A stretch of 64,000 bases of DNA. It comes from DHVE2 group archaeon (GTDB taxonomy: Archaea; Thermoplasmatota; Thermoplasmata; Thermoplasmatales; Aciduliprofundaceae). The stretch spans positions 19,907-83,906 of the forward strand of contig JALVVV010000055.1 in assembly GCA_027023265.1 (NCBI GenBank). Reading direction: 5' to 3'. Shown one piece after another: positions 26,459 through 35,879 of the stretch. The translations under genes were made by a program, and so were the position numbers. A model generated the notes under the pieces. It had not been told where the DNA came from, ran no database searches, and worked only from the letters and a program-made list of their open reading frames with translations. The first letter of the stretch is position 1, and the number at the start of each line of letters is the position of its first letter.

Positions 26459-27558
26459 TTTACCAGTAACTCGTTTGCCTTTCTCATTATTCTAAACTCG
26501 CCTATGCTCTCTGCTACCTTCTTTGCCTCTTCCAGGTGAAATCTGGCCGCTTCTTTCATGTTGCTTTCAAGGAGAACTCGGCCAATGGCAAGCTCGCACT
26601 CGCTCAGAAATACCCTGTGGTTAATTTTCACAAAAATTGAACGAGCATCGTTATAAGTTCTCATGGCTTTCCTGTAATCTCCACTTTTCTCATATACGTA
26701 GCCAAGGTTTAGCAAAGACTCTCCTATTGTGCTTTTATTTTTAACTTCTTTGGATAGCTCCACCGCCTCGTTTGCAAGTTTCATGGCTTCATCGTATTTT
26801 CCCCTGTCTGCAAGAATTACAGCTAAGTATCCAAGCGTGGACGATTCTATTTCCTTGTCTTCGTGATTTTTGTAGAGTTCCACAGCTTCCCTCAAATATC
26901 TCTCTGCATCATCTAACTCTCCAGATTCTCTTGCCATGTCGCCCATGTTTAGCAGATTTATAGACATGCCCCGGTAATCGTTTCCCCTTTTCGAATGTTC
27001 GTAAGCATGCTTGTAGTGCTCGATGGCGTTTCGGTACTCTCCTCTAACTCTGAATACTTCCCCCATGTTGTTATAGGCTATTGCTATTAACTCGTCATCT
27101 CCTATCTTTTTTGAGATTTCTAGGCACCGCTCCCAGCTTTTCTTTGCATATCCTATCCTGCCCCTGTCAAAAGAGTATATGCCAACTAAGTTGTAAAAAT
27201 TGAACATTGTCTCCGGCTTTGATTTCTCAGCGTGCTTGAACCCTAACTTTATCAAATGCTCACATGTATCTATATTCCCAAGGCTCATGTTTATTTCTAT
27301 TGCAGAAGTGTATATCTTGGTTAATGTATCGTCATCACCTGAAGATTCTGCAAATTTAATAGCATCGTTAACGTGTTCCCTCGCAAGTATTGATTCGCCA
27401 ATCCTTATATATACCCTTGATAAACCGTAATGGATGAGTGCTTTATCTATGTCCCTGCTTGCTTCACCGAGAGCGTTTTCGTACAATTTCCGAGCCTCTT
27501 CGTAATTTCCATTTCTGCGGAGTTCTTCTCCTTTCTTAAGAACATCCTGTATATTCAT
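26452..27558 (-). CDS. TPR-repeat protein (stand-alone)
   Basis: Repeated 34-40 aa units such as AYNNMGEVFRVRGEYRNAIEHYKHAYEH. Its stop overlaps the downstream radical SAM start by 7 nt (ATGTTAG). Confidence 0.8.
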   Translation of the reverse strand: MNIQDVLKKGEELRRNGNYEEARKLYENALGEASRDIDKALIHYGLSRVYIRIGESILAREHVNDAIKFAESSGDDDTLTKIYTSAIEINMSLGNIDTCEHLIKLGFKHAEKSKPETMFNFYNLVGIYSFDRGRIGYAKKSWERCLEISKKIGDDELIAIAYNNMGEVFRVRGEYRNAIEHYKHAYEHSKRGNDYRGMSINLLNMGDMARESGELDDAERYLREAVELYKNHEDKEIESSTLGYLAVILADRGKYDEAMKLANEAVELSKEVKNKSTIGESLLNLGYVYEKSGDYRKAMRTYNDARSIFVKINHRVFLSECELAIGRVLLESNMKEAARFHLEEAKKVAESIGEFRIMRKANELLVKC

Positions 27559-27762
27559 TGCACTGAGGATTAATGTGCCTTATATTAATATCTTTTGTAA
27601 AGTCCATCCAAAAATTTAAAGTGTGGAGATTTAACAAGTGAATTAACAGGCTGAAAAAAGCAATTTATAATTTTTAAAACTGTACTTTAACAATTTTTCT
27701 GAAGATATAATCTAATCGTGGCCGTGGCATAAGGTTATATATATGTATGCTTTTATATCTCT

Positions 27763-28200
27763 ATGTTCTGGACGGGAGTGGCGCTGGTGATAATTGGCCT
27801 TATTCTTCTTTTAGCAGAGGTCCATGTTCCCGGATTTTTTATGGCCATTCCAGGAACCATACTTCTGATTCTGGGGCTTGCCATAATGTTCGTAGGGAAT
27901 GTGGATATCGTAACCGCATCGGTTTTGATAATAGTTGCAGCTATTGGCTCATCTCTATTTACGCTATGGTTTTACAGAAAACTGGGTGAGCCGGAACTTC
28001 CAAGCACAACAACTCCTGATCAGCTGGTTGGAAAAACAGGTGTGGTAATCAGGGAAATAGAGCCCAATACCATCAAAGGAAAAATCAGGATTGGAACTGA
28101 GATTTGGAGCGCCACTGCGGATAGCAAGATAGATGAAGGTAAAAAAGTTATTGTGAAAAAAGCGGAAGGAGTGCATCTTGTAGTTGAGGAGGTGAAATAA
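27763..28200 (+). CDS. NfeD-family membrane protein (short form)
   Basis: N-terminal TM helices and a C-terminal OB-like segment, GKTGVVIREIEPNTIKGKIRIGTEIWSA. Immediately precedes the SPFH gene. Confidence 0.8.
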   Translation: MFWTGVALVIIGLILLLAEVHVPGFFMAIPGTILLILGLAIMFVGNVDIVTASVLIIVAAIGSSLFTLWFYRKLGEPELPSTTTPDQLVGKTGVVIREIEPNTIKGKIRIGTEIWSATADSKIDEGKKVIVKKAEGVHLVVEEVK

Positions 28201-28202
28201 AA

Positions 28203-29297
28203 ATGGATTTGTGGATAATTGGCGGTATAGTGTTTTTGATAGTGATACTGGTTGTAATATTCTTCTCCACGGCGGTTAGGATAGTGAAGCCATGGGAACG
28301 GGGTATATACATATTCCTTGGAAAACATCGCGGGGTTTTGAATCCCGGGTTTCACGTGGTTTACCCGTTTGCCCAGGTTTACCCAATAGACATGAGGACC
28401 CAGACATGGGATGTTCCTAAGCAAGAGGTAATTACGAAAGATAATTCTCCAACCGGTGTGGATGCTGTGATATACATACGCGTGGTAGATGCATATAAAG
28501 CATTTTACGAGGTACAGGATTACAAGCTGGCCACGATAAATCTTGCAAGAACTACTTTGAGGTCAGTTATAGGTAACATGTCTCTGGATGAGGTGCTTTA
28601 CAACAGAGAGCAGATTAACGCCCATCTCCGAGATGTTCTGGACGAAGCAACGGACCAGTGGGGAGTTAAAGTAGAGGCAGTTGAAATCAAAGAGGTTGAC
28701 CCATCTAAGAAGGTAAAGCAGGCAATGGAAGAGCAAACTTCGGCAGAGAGAGAAAGAAGAGCGGCAATACTCCGCGCGGATGGTGTCAAGCGCTCCCAGA
28801 TCCTTGAAGCGGAAGGTAAGAAGCAATCTGCAATTCTTGAAGCGGAAGGTAAGAGACAGGCAAATATCTTGGAAGCAGAAGGTATGAGGATAGCCACAAT
28901 CTTGAAAGCGCAGGGCGAAGCCCAGAGGTATCGTATAATCTCATTAGGTTCTGCAACGCTCACTTCTAAGGCTCTAAGCGTTCTTTCGCTGGATACTTTA
29001 ACGAGAATGGCCGACGGGCAGGCAACAAAGATAATATTCCCGTTCGAGATTACAAAGCTAATTGAGACCACTGCCAACTACCTTGGAGTTCCTGTAAAAG
29101 AAGCGGTTAGCGAAGATACGAATTACGAGGACATAGAGCGTGTGGTGGGCAAAGCCGATGAAATACTTGGACCAATACCTTCGTACGAGGAAATAGAAAA
29201 GGAAACAAAGGAGGCAAAAGAGAGCATTGACGAAAAAAAGGTTGATTTGTCAAGTACCGATGAGAAAAAGCTGTTTACGGGCTCATCGGATGCTTGA
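28203..29297 (+). CDS. SPFH/Band 7 (stomatin/prohibitin-like) protein
   Basis: N-terminal TM, SPFH core (VITKDNSPTGVDAVIYIRVVD...LRSVIGNMSLDEVL) and a coiled-coil tail with ILEAEG repeats. Confidence 0.9.
   Translation: MDLWIIGGIVFLIVILVVIFFSTAVRIVKPWERGIYIFLGKHRGVLNPGFHVVYPFAQVYPIDMRTQTWDVPKQEVITKDNSPTGVDAVIYIRVVDAYKAFYEVQDYKLATINLARTTLRSVIGNMSLDEVLYNREQINAHLRDVLDEATDQWGVKVEAVEIKEVDPSKKVKQAMEEQTSAERERRAAILRADGVKRSQILEAEGKKQSAILEAEGKRQANILEAEGMRIATILKAQGEAQRYRIISLGSATLTSKALSVLSLDTLTRMADGQATKIIFPFEITKLIETTANYLGVPVKEAVSEDTNYEDIERVVGKADEILGPIPSYEEIEKETKEAKESIDEKKVDLSSTDEKKLFTGSSDA
28800..28931 (+). repeat. Four tandem 33-nt (11-aa) units inside the SPFH gene
   Basis: ILEAEGKKQSA / ILEAEGKRQAN / ILEAEGMRIAT / ILKAQGEAQRY, read directly from the DNA. 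Confidence 0.8.
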
Positions 29298-29312
29298 GCT
29301 TGCGACTCTTTA

Positions 29313-29319
29313 TTTTTTT
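29313..29319 (+). terminator. Oligo-T tract (T7) after the SPFH stop
   Basis: tgagcttgcgactctttaTTTTTTTaatt. Confidence 0.35.
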
Positions 29320-29512
29320 AATTAATTCTTATTGGCCATCTTTTTTAACTCTTGATTTTATTTGAACATTGCTTAGGATAATAAATCAATTTCCATTGTG
29401 TGTTTTTTCGCAGACTATAATGGGAATTTACCGGTGTTTTAAAAGCGATAATGTATCTGAAGGGAATATAAGGACACAAAAAAGAATGGGAGCAAAGATA
29501 AGTACTTTCTTT

Positions 29513-29743
29513 TTAGAACCAGGCGTCCAGCGGTTTTATATGGTCTCTCTCTTCCATTACAGGGGGAGATATGTTCTGGGACTTCATGCGCTCCATCCAT
29601 TCTTCTACCGTTTCCTCGTCGGCCAGGCGCACCCTCTTAAGTTCAAACTCGCATTCCGGGCAGTAAAGTGCAAGGGGATCATTGAGTTTTTTACCACAAA
29701 TAATACATCTGTTTTCCTCCATCGATGCCGCCATGAGCTCCAT
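29513..29743 (-). CDS. Small zinc-ribbon protein (76 aa)
   Basis: CIICGKK...CPECEF gives the CxxC-x11-CxxC pattern. Acidic, protein-like composition, preferred over the overlapping + strand ORF. Confidence 0.5.
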   Translation of the reverse strand: MELMAASMEENRCIICGKKLNDPLALYCPECEFELKRVRLADEETVEEWMERMKSQNISPPVMEERDHIKPLDAWF

Positions 29744-29850
29744 AGAAATAAAGATTTGCGTTATAAAAAGGGGTAAGGGTAATAGTGGACATCTTCGTTC
29801 CGAGAAGTTTAAATATGGGATTGGGATTTTCGCCAGAGAGGTGAAAACTC

Positions 29851-30777
29851 ATGAAAAAGGATCTCATTTCCATCGTGGACATAAAAGAAGAATTGCCAGA
29901 GATAATAGACCTTGCCCTTGAAATGAAGAGAAGGCAAAAGATGGGCGAGAGGGAAATGCAGCAGGTGCTCAAAAATAGGAGCTTGGCCATGATATTTGAA
30001 AAACCAAGTACACGGACACGCGTAAGCTTTGAAGTGGCCATGACCCAGCTTGGGGGACATGCTCTTTACCTGTCGCCTCGGGATATGCAGCTTGGAAGGG
30101 GAGAGACGATTGCCGACACTGCAAAGGTTCTTTCAAGGTATGTGGATGCCATAGTTTACCGTGCGTACAAGCATGAGATGATGATGGAACTTGCGGAGAA
30201 TGCTACAGTTCCCGTGATAAACGCTCTTGATGATCTGGAGCATCCCTGTCAGATAGTTGCTGACTTGATGACAATAAAAGAGAAGAAGGGTGAGCTTGCA
30301 GGCCTTAAATTAGCTTATGTTGGTGATGGAAACAACGTGGCAAACTCGCTGATGTTGGGTGCGGCTATAATGGGAATGGATTTCTATATTGCATGTCCTG
30401 AAGGTTACGAGCCAAATAAGGATCTCACAGGCCTCGCAAAGAAGATAGCAAACGAGACAGGCGCAAAGGTAGTTATCACACACGATCCAGTAGAAGCTGT
30501 TAAAAACGCTGATGTGGTGTACACAGATGTGTGGGTTAGCATGGGTGACGAGGCAGAAAAGGAGAAAAGAATGAAAATATTCAAACCGTACCAGGTAAAC
30601 GAGGAACTTGTGAAGAATGCAAAATCTAACTACATATTCATGCACTGCTTGCCTGCCCATCGCGGTCTCGAAGTCACCGCTGAAGTCATTGATTCAAGGA
30701 ACAGCGTGGTATTTGATGAGGCTGAAAATAGACTTCATGCACAGAAAGCAATACTCGCGCGCATAATTAAACACTAA
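29851..30777 (+). CDS. argF: Ornithine carbamoyltransferase
   Basis: STRTRVSFE, HPCQ, DVWVSMG and HCLPAHRG motifs. Confidence 0.93.
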   Translation: MKKDLISIVDIKEELPEIIDLALEMKRRQKMGEREMQQVLKNRSLAMIFEKPSTRTRVSFEVAMTQLGGHALYLSPRDMQLGRGETIADTAKVLSRYVDAIVYRAYKHEMMMELAENATVPVINALDDLEHPCQIVADLMTIKEKKGELAGLKLAYVGDGNNVANSLMLGAAIMGMDFYIACPEGYEPNKDLTGLAKKIANETGAKVVITHDPVEAVKNADVVYTDVWVSMGDEAEKEKRMKIFKPYQVNEELVKNAKSNYIFMHCLPAHRGLEVTAEVIDSRNSVVFDEAENRLHAQKAILARIIKH

Positions 30778-30786
30778 CCCAATTAA

Positions 30787-32478
30787 TCATTCTTTTCTTT
30801 TGAACATTTTTTCAAGATCATTGGGGGTGAACTTTATCATTGTTGGACGTCCGTGGGGACACGTGTATGGATTTTCGCATTTTAGAAGTTGGCCTATTAA
30901 GTCTTCCATCTCGTAGATGGATAACTTGTCGTGGGCCTTTATTGCTCCTTTGCAGGAGATTAATTTTATTATCTCATCTCTCTTCTTCTCTATATACTCC
31001 TTTCCTATAGCAATTATTCCCCTTATCACTTCAACCACATCATCCCTTTTCAAAATGGGGGGAATACCTCTAACAATAATGGCGCCATCTCCAAAGTCAT
31101 CTATTAGAAGGCAAAAATCCCTGAGTTTGTCTTTCATAGCTATGAGCTCTTGATAGTCCCGCACACCCAAATTTATTACAACAGGTTCTATTAGCTCCTG
31201 AATTTTATGCTCTCTCATCTCTGCTAAAAATTTCTCGTACCTTATGCGCTCGTGGGCTGCATGCTGGTCCACTATTATCAGTGAGTCACTTGATTTGGCA
31301 ATGATGTATGTGTCATCGAACTGGCCGAGTACCTCTATACCGGGAACTCTTGCGCGGGACAGGTAGTCAAACAGGCTCTTTTTCTTTCCTTTGTCCTCTA
31401 CATTGAATACCATCTGCCTTTCCTTTTTAACCTCTCCATATACCGGTTCTGAGACTTTTTTCGCATCTGTGTCTTTCTCCACGGGGATATTATCAGAGGC
31501 AGTTAGCTCTTCCCAGATTGCGTCTTCTATAACCTTCTTAATTGATTCTTCGTCCCTGAATTTAATAACGAATTTTGAAGGATGCACATTTACATCTATT
31601 TCCTCAGGCGGAACGTTCAAAATAAGCACCGCATAAGGATAAACGTCCCTGAACAGGAGCGTTCGGTATCCTTCTATTATGTAATGCGTAAGTGTGTAAT
31701 TTTTGACGTATCTTCCGTTGACGAAAGTTACTATCCTGTTTTTATCCTTTCTGGTCATGTATGGCTTGGAAAAAAATCCCCTGAAACTCACCTTTCCCTC
31801 TCTTTTGATTTCGACCATGCTTCTGGCAACGTCCTTGCCCCACAGGGTAGATATCCTGTTGATAAGGGGGCCTGGCGGCACGTCAAATACCTTGCGTCCG
31901 TTGTGATATAGGGAGAAATGAATGTTCTCGTATAATAGTGCGTATTTCTCCATAATACCCATGATTTGCCCGAACTCGTATCTCTCCCCTTTTAAAAATT
32001 TAAGTCTGGCAGGGGTATTGTAAAAAAGTGAGCGCACAGCAATGCTTGTTCCAGGAGGGCATCCGGCGGGCTCTACTTTCAAAACAGTGCCACCATTTAT
32101 TATTATGTGCGTGCCCACAGGCGATTCATATGGTCTGGTAAGAAGCTCTACTTTTGAAACGGCCGCTATGCTGGGCAATGCCTCTCCCCTGAATCCCAGA
32201 GTACGTATGTTGCACAGATCTTTTTCATCTTGTATTTTGCTGGTGGCATGTCTTTCAAATGCCAGTTTTGCCTCTTCTTCTGTCATTCCTATTCCATTAT
32301 CAACAACTCGTATCTCCTCTAATCCTCCTTTCTTGATGTATACAGATATCTTTGTAGCGCGGGCATCTATGCTATTTTCGACAAGTTCCTTTACCACGCT
32401 TGCAGGGCGCTCCACAACTTCCCCTGCTGCTATCTTTTCTACCAGTGTTCTTGGGAGAATTTTTATTTTAGAGCTCAC
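30787..32478 (-). CDS. mutL: DNA mismatch repair protein MutL, endonuclease-type
   Basis: GHKL motifs ELVENSIDA, DNGIGM and GFRGEAL. C-terminal DQHAAHERIRYE (31234-31269) and CPHGRP motifs. Confidence 0.9.
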   Translation of the reverse strand: MSSKIKILPRTLVEKIAAGEVVERPASVVKELVENSIDARATKISVYIKKGGLEEIRVVDNGIGMTEEEAKLAFERHATSKIQDEKDLCNIRTLGFRGEALPSIAAVSKVELLTRPYESPVGTHIIINGGTVLKVEPAGCPPGTSIAVRSLFYNTPARLKFLKGERYEFGQIMGIMEKYALLYENIHFSLYHNGRKVFDVPPGPLINRISTLWGKDVARSMVEIKREGKVSFRGFFSKPYMTRKDKNRIVTFVNGRYVKNYTLTHYIIEGYRTLLFRDVYPYAVLILNVPPEEIDVNVHPSKFVIKFRDEESIKKVIEDAIWEELTASDNIPVEKDTDAKKVSEPVYGEVKKERQMVFNVEDKGKKKSLFDYLSRARVPGIEVLGQFDDTYIIAKSSDSLIIVDQHAAHERIRYEKFLAEMREHKIQELIEPVVINLGVRDYQELIAMKDKLRDFCLLIDDFGDGAIIVRGIPPILKRDDVVEVIRGIIAIGKEYIEKKRDEIIKLISCKGAIKAHDKLSIYEMEDLIGQLLKCENPYTCPHGRPTMIKFTPNDLEKMFKRKE

Positions 32479-32522
32479 AGCCTCATATCACCTCCAACAA
32501 TAAATATGTTTTCTAAGTGCCA

Positions 32523-33332
32523 TTATTTCATCTCCTTTCTCGCAAATATCACAGTACCTAATATTGCCGATGCAATGAAGTACACGAACATAATTGCGAT
32601 ACCTTCCCATATGTATGGGTTATAAACAGTAAGAGTCATAGCATTTCCTGCGTGTATTATCTGTTTGTGAGGGTAATCTCCAATATAACTTCCCCGTAAT
32701 ACCAGTGTTATTATGCTGGCACCATAGGTCAGTGAAAACCAGGGCTCCACACCGGCCACCTGCGAGAGCCCATTTATTATATTGAATACAAAAAAGTATA
32801 TTATGGCAACTATTGTTATGGAGACGGCTCCGTTTTTAAAGAATGTAGAGAATAGATATGTGAAAGCCATTAAGCTTAATAGAAATATGAAAGAGTACAT
32901 TACTGAATAAATATATTCTGAGGGAACTTTCCCGTGAAAATAAGCGGTGTATATCGCACCGGATATGAAATAGAGTATGAGCACCAGTGAACTGGCCACT
33001 ATGGATGCTACGAACTTTCCCCAGTATATTACATGGCGTTTTATGGGATTTGGAAACAGCAAATATCCAGTTTTGTTCTGAAACTCTGATGATATGGCGT
33101 CACCTCCGAAGAAAAGGGCAGTTAAGACAACAAGTATTTCCGAAAAGCTAGCAAAGTTATTTGCTGTGTTCTTTGGAGTCTCAAATGATGGATTGCCAAA
33201 ATATGCATTGATACTCACTATCAATGCAATTACTATAACTGTGATTAAAAGGATTATGTAAATTCTCCTTGACCTGATGTAGTTTTTGAAATGGTACCTG
33301 CTCATTATAATCATTTGACGCAAATCACTCAT
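32523..33332 (-). CDS. ABC-2-type transporter permease
   Basis: Six predicted hydrophobic helices. 8-nt overlap with the upstream ATPase gene. Confidence 0.75.
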   Translation of the reverse strand: MSDLRQMIIMSRYHFKNYIRSRRIYIILLITVIVIALIVSINAYFGNPSFETPKNTANNFASFSEILVVLTALFFGGDAISSEFQNKTGYLLFPNPIKRHVIYWGKFVASIVASSLVLILYFISGAIYTAYFHGKVPSEYIYSVMYSFIFLLSLMAFTYLFSTFFKNGAVSITIVAIIYFFVFNIINGLSQVAGVEPWFSLTYGASIITLVLRGSYIGDYPHKQIIHAGNAMTLTVYNPYIWEGIAIMFVYFIASAILGTVIFARKEMK

Positions 33333-34239
33333 TTATTTCCCCACCTATCATCTCGAGATATGCTTTTTCCAGGGGCATTCCCGAAAGGCGATAATCCACA
33401 ACTTTTACGCCGGAAGAAAGCAGCTTTGATAAAAGAAGATAACGGGTATTGTCATCTCCCTCAAATTCTATTTTTATCTTTTTAGGTGAGAGCTTTTCCA
33501 CGGATTTTACCATGTCAATGGCTCTCACTCTTTCCTCGTCAATGTCATTGAGCGCTGTAACCATTACAGAGTTTTCTCTAAATTTATTGTTGAGATTATC
33601 AATGCTTTCGTAGAGCAATAACTTGCCATGGTTAATCATGGCTACCTCCTCGCATACATCTGTAACTTCTGGGAGAAGATGTGAAGACATTAGTATCATT
33701 CTTTTTTCCTTCTTAAGAGATTTTATTACTTCTCTGATTTCCGCCATTCCTCGCGGGTCCATGCCAGATGTGGGTTCATCAAGAATAAGAATTTCTGGAT
33801 TTGTTATGAGTGCAGCGGCAAGAGCAACTCTTTGCTTCATGCCCTTTGAAAATTTACCAGTCTTTTTGTTTCTCCACTCGTACATGCCTACTTCTTCAAG
33901 TGCAGACTTTATATCGCAATTACTGGCCATTCTGAGTTCACATAACATTTGCAGAAGTTCCGAAGGTGTAAGGTACGGATACAGACCCGGGGTTTCTATT
34001 AAAGTTCCAACATTGCTCAATGCTTTTGTTGATTCATCTTTCACGCTGTACCCGTTTATTATGGCTTTTCCACTGGTGGGGTTTAGCAAGTTGGTAAAAA
34101 GTTTCAATGTTGTGGTTTTCCCAGCGCCATTTGGCCCCAGGTATCCTATGCACTTTGCACCTTCAAATTTCACATTCAATTCCTTGAGTGCAAAGAAATT
34201 ACCGTATTTTTTTGTAAGGTTAATTGCTTCTATGTACAA
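33325..34239 (-). CDS. ABC transporter ATP-binding protein
   Basis: Walker A GPNGAGKTT, signature FSKGMKQR, Walker B ILILDEPTSGMD. A TTG start at 34239 has GAGGTGAT 4 nt upstream and avoids overlap with the upstream gene, giving MYIEAINLTKKYG. Confidence 0.88.
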   Translation of the reverse strand: MYIEAINLTKKYGNFFALKELNVKFEGAKCIGYLGPNGAGKTTTLKLFTNLLNPTSGKAIINGYSVKDESTKALSNVGTLIETPGLYPYLTPSELLQMLCELRMASNCDIKSALEEVGMYEWRNKKTGKFSKGMKQRVALAAALITNPEILILDEPTSGMDPRGMAEIREVIKSLKKEKRMILMSSHLLPEVTDVCEEVAMINHGKLLLYESIDNLNNKFRENSVMVTALNDIDEERVRAIDMVKSVEKLSPKKIKIEFEGDDNTRYLLLSKLLSSGVKVVDYRLSGMPLEKAYLEMIGGEINE

Positions 34240-34243
34240 TGTA

Positions 34244-34711
34244 TCACCTCTTCTTTCTCTCCCTGAGCAAAAGTATGATACCTGCCACAATCACTATTAT
34301 TCCGGTGATGCAAACTCCTGAGCTCTCCAAGAGTGTTTTTCCAAGAGATAACAGCTTCTCCTGACTCTCAAATACCACCGCCACTTGAGCTGTGGAATTT
34401 TCAGGGTTCTCTATTTTCAGGGTGTAATTTCCTTGAAGGTTGCCGAGAACGTGGGTATCTTCCGTTACATTGTTTTCTTGGAGAATGTTTCCAGAAGAAT
34501 TTGAGAGGAAATAATTAATTTTAATATTTGACTTGATAACCAGCGTATAGTTTCCCCCATGTATGTTGTATTTCAGCACTTTTGTTTGATTAGGTTCCAC
34601 ACTCACATTTTTCTCAATCGTTTCCATGCCCTTCATGGAAAAGGCCAAAATACCCACCGCCGCCATCACTATTATAAAGCCAATTAGCAGTATAACCACA
34701 CCCATTCTCAT
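34244..34711 (-). CDS. Bitopic membrane protein with an extracytoplasmic beta-rich domain
   Basis: N- and C-terminal TM helices. Internal repeat GGNYTLVIKSN / QGNYTLKIENP. Confidence 0.6.
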   Translation of the reverse strand: MRMGVVILLIGFIIVMAAVGILAFSMKGMETIEKNVSVEPNQTKVLKYNIHGGNYTLVIKSNIKINYFLSNSSGNILQENNVTEDTHVLGNLQGNYTLKIENPENSTAQVAVVFESQEKLLSLGKTLLESSGVCITGIIVIVAGIILLLRERKKR

Positions 34712-34712
34712 C

Positions 34713-35537
34713 TCAAATCACCTCCTTTTTTTTATTCCATTTGTATATCATATACCCTATGGGTAGGAAAATGAGGAATAGCATTAAGGCCATGAACCAT
34801 GTCCAGGGGACAATGGTTTTTCTCAAAGCGTAAATGTATATGGAATAATACACAAAAATTAGAATCACTGACATGATGTTCATAGAAAGAACAGTGGCCT
34901 TCAAGAGGGTATCCTTGGGAAATCTCATTTTGCCGGGATGAATGTACATGGGATATTTTTTCCCCAAGTAAATGAACAGGTATGAAACGCCCGGGGATAT
35001 TAGGGAGAAAAGAGAATACGAGACTATAAATGATGATTTTGTGCTCCATCCGTTTGGATTACCGTACGAGTCAAAATGCACTGCTATAATTTCTGGTAAA
35101 GAGGGATATGTCATAATCTCGAATATTATTAATACAAGGTAAAAAATGAGAGGGGATAGCACCCACACGTATCCCAGCTCTATGCTTTCTATTTTTTTAT
35201 ATGACACGTTTTCTGATTTTGCGCCCTTCATTTCAAGGTGTATTGAAGCGTATCTTATCCCAAAGGGTATGAATGCTATCAGGGGTATGGTGAGAAGTAA
35301 GGTATATGGTAACAGGAAATTCGGGAGCAATGCTGCAGGAAGTAGAAGGAGAGAGTGCGCAATGATGAATTTTCCCATGAGCCTGTTTGTCCCGTTCCAC
35401 ACATCTTTGTCTGCGAAGGTGTATCCTATTTTAAATCCAAAATATGGGTTTGGCCCCACTTTCGGGGCAAGCCAGAATTCCATAATTCCGGTTATTAAGT
35501 ATAGTGAATTAATAATCAAAATTAGTATGTTAACCAA
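34713..35537 (-). CDS. Polytopic membrane protein, DUF1648/SdpI-like
   Basis: HFDSYGNPNGWSTKSSF resembles the DUF1648 motif. Multiple TM helices. TTG start abuts the PadR stop (TGATTG). Confidence 0.6.
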   Translation of the reverse strand: MVNILILIINSLYLITGIMEFWLAPKVGPNPYFGFKIGYTFADKDVWNGTNRLMGKFIIAHSLLLLPAALLPNFLLPYTLLLTIPLIAFIPFGIRYASIHLEMKGAKSENVSYKKIESIELGYVWVLSPLIFYLVLIIFEIMTYPSLPEIIAVHFDSYGNPNGWSTKSSFIVSYSLFSLISPGVSYLFIYLGKKYPMYIHPGKMRFPKDTLLKATVLSMNIMSVILIFVYYSIYIYALRKTIVPWTWFMALMLFLIFLPIGYMIYKWNKKKEVI

Positions 35538-35879
35538 TCAATCACCCCTTATTATTCTATTTGCTGCTCTCATTAATTTTTTGTAGTCTTCAATTAAATT
35601 AATCAACAGGAGCCTTCCCTCTTCTGTGAGTGTGTAATACTTGCGCGGCACTCCCGTGTTAGGCTCTGTCCAGTATGCTTTGAGAACTCTTTTTTTGACT
35701 AAATATCTCAATACCGGGTAAATTGTAGCGTCTTTGAGCTCTATTCCAGCTATGTTGTTAACGTACTTTTGTATTTCGTATCCGTACGTTTCTCCAAGTT
35801 CATCAATTACTTTAAGAATGAGTAGTGCGTATATCCCAGAGCGCATTTCTCTGTTGATTTTCTCTCTTACTTTCTCCAT
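35538..35879 (-). CDS. PadR-family transcriptional regulator
   Basis: LLILKVIDELGETYGYEIQKYV...ATIYPVLRYLVKKRVLKAYW winged-helix pattern. ATG at 35879 gives MEKVREKI. The track extension to 35966 is unlikely. Confidence 0.85.
   Translation of the reverse strand: MEKVREKINREMRSGIYALLILKVIDELGETYGYEIQKYVNNIAGIELKDATIYPVLRYLVKKRVLKAYWTEPNTGVPRKYYTLTEEGRLLLINLIEDYKKLMRAANRIIRGD

Noticed and set aside
29369-29776. 135-aa + strand ORF competing with the 76-aa zinc-ribbon ORF
   Set aside because: Its composition is not protein-like (Phe/Arg/His-rich, no motif). The minus-strand ORF has a CxxC...CxxC ribbon and a typical acidic archaeal composition. Still, neither is proven.
33623-34321. 232-aa + strand ORF
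   Set aside because: It is antisense to the ABC ATPase, whose Walker A, signature and Walker B motifs are unambiguous on the minus strand.
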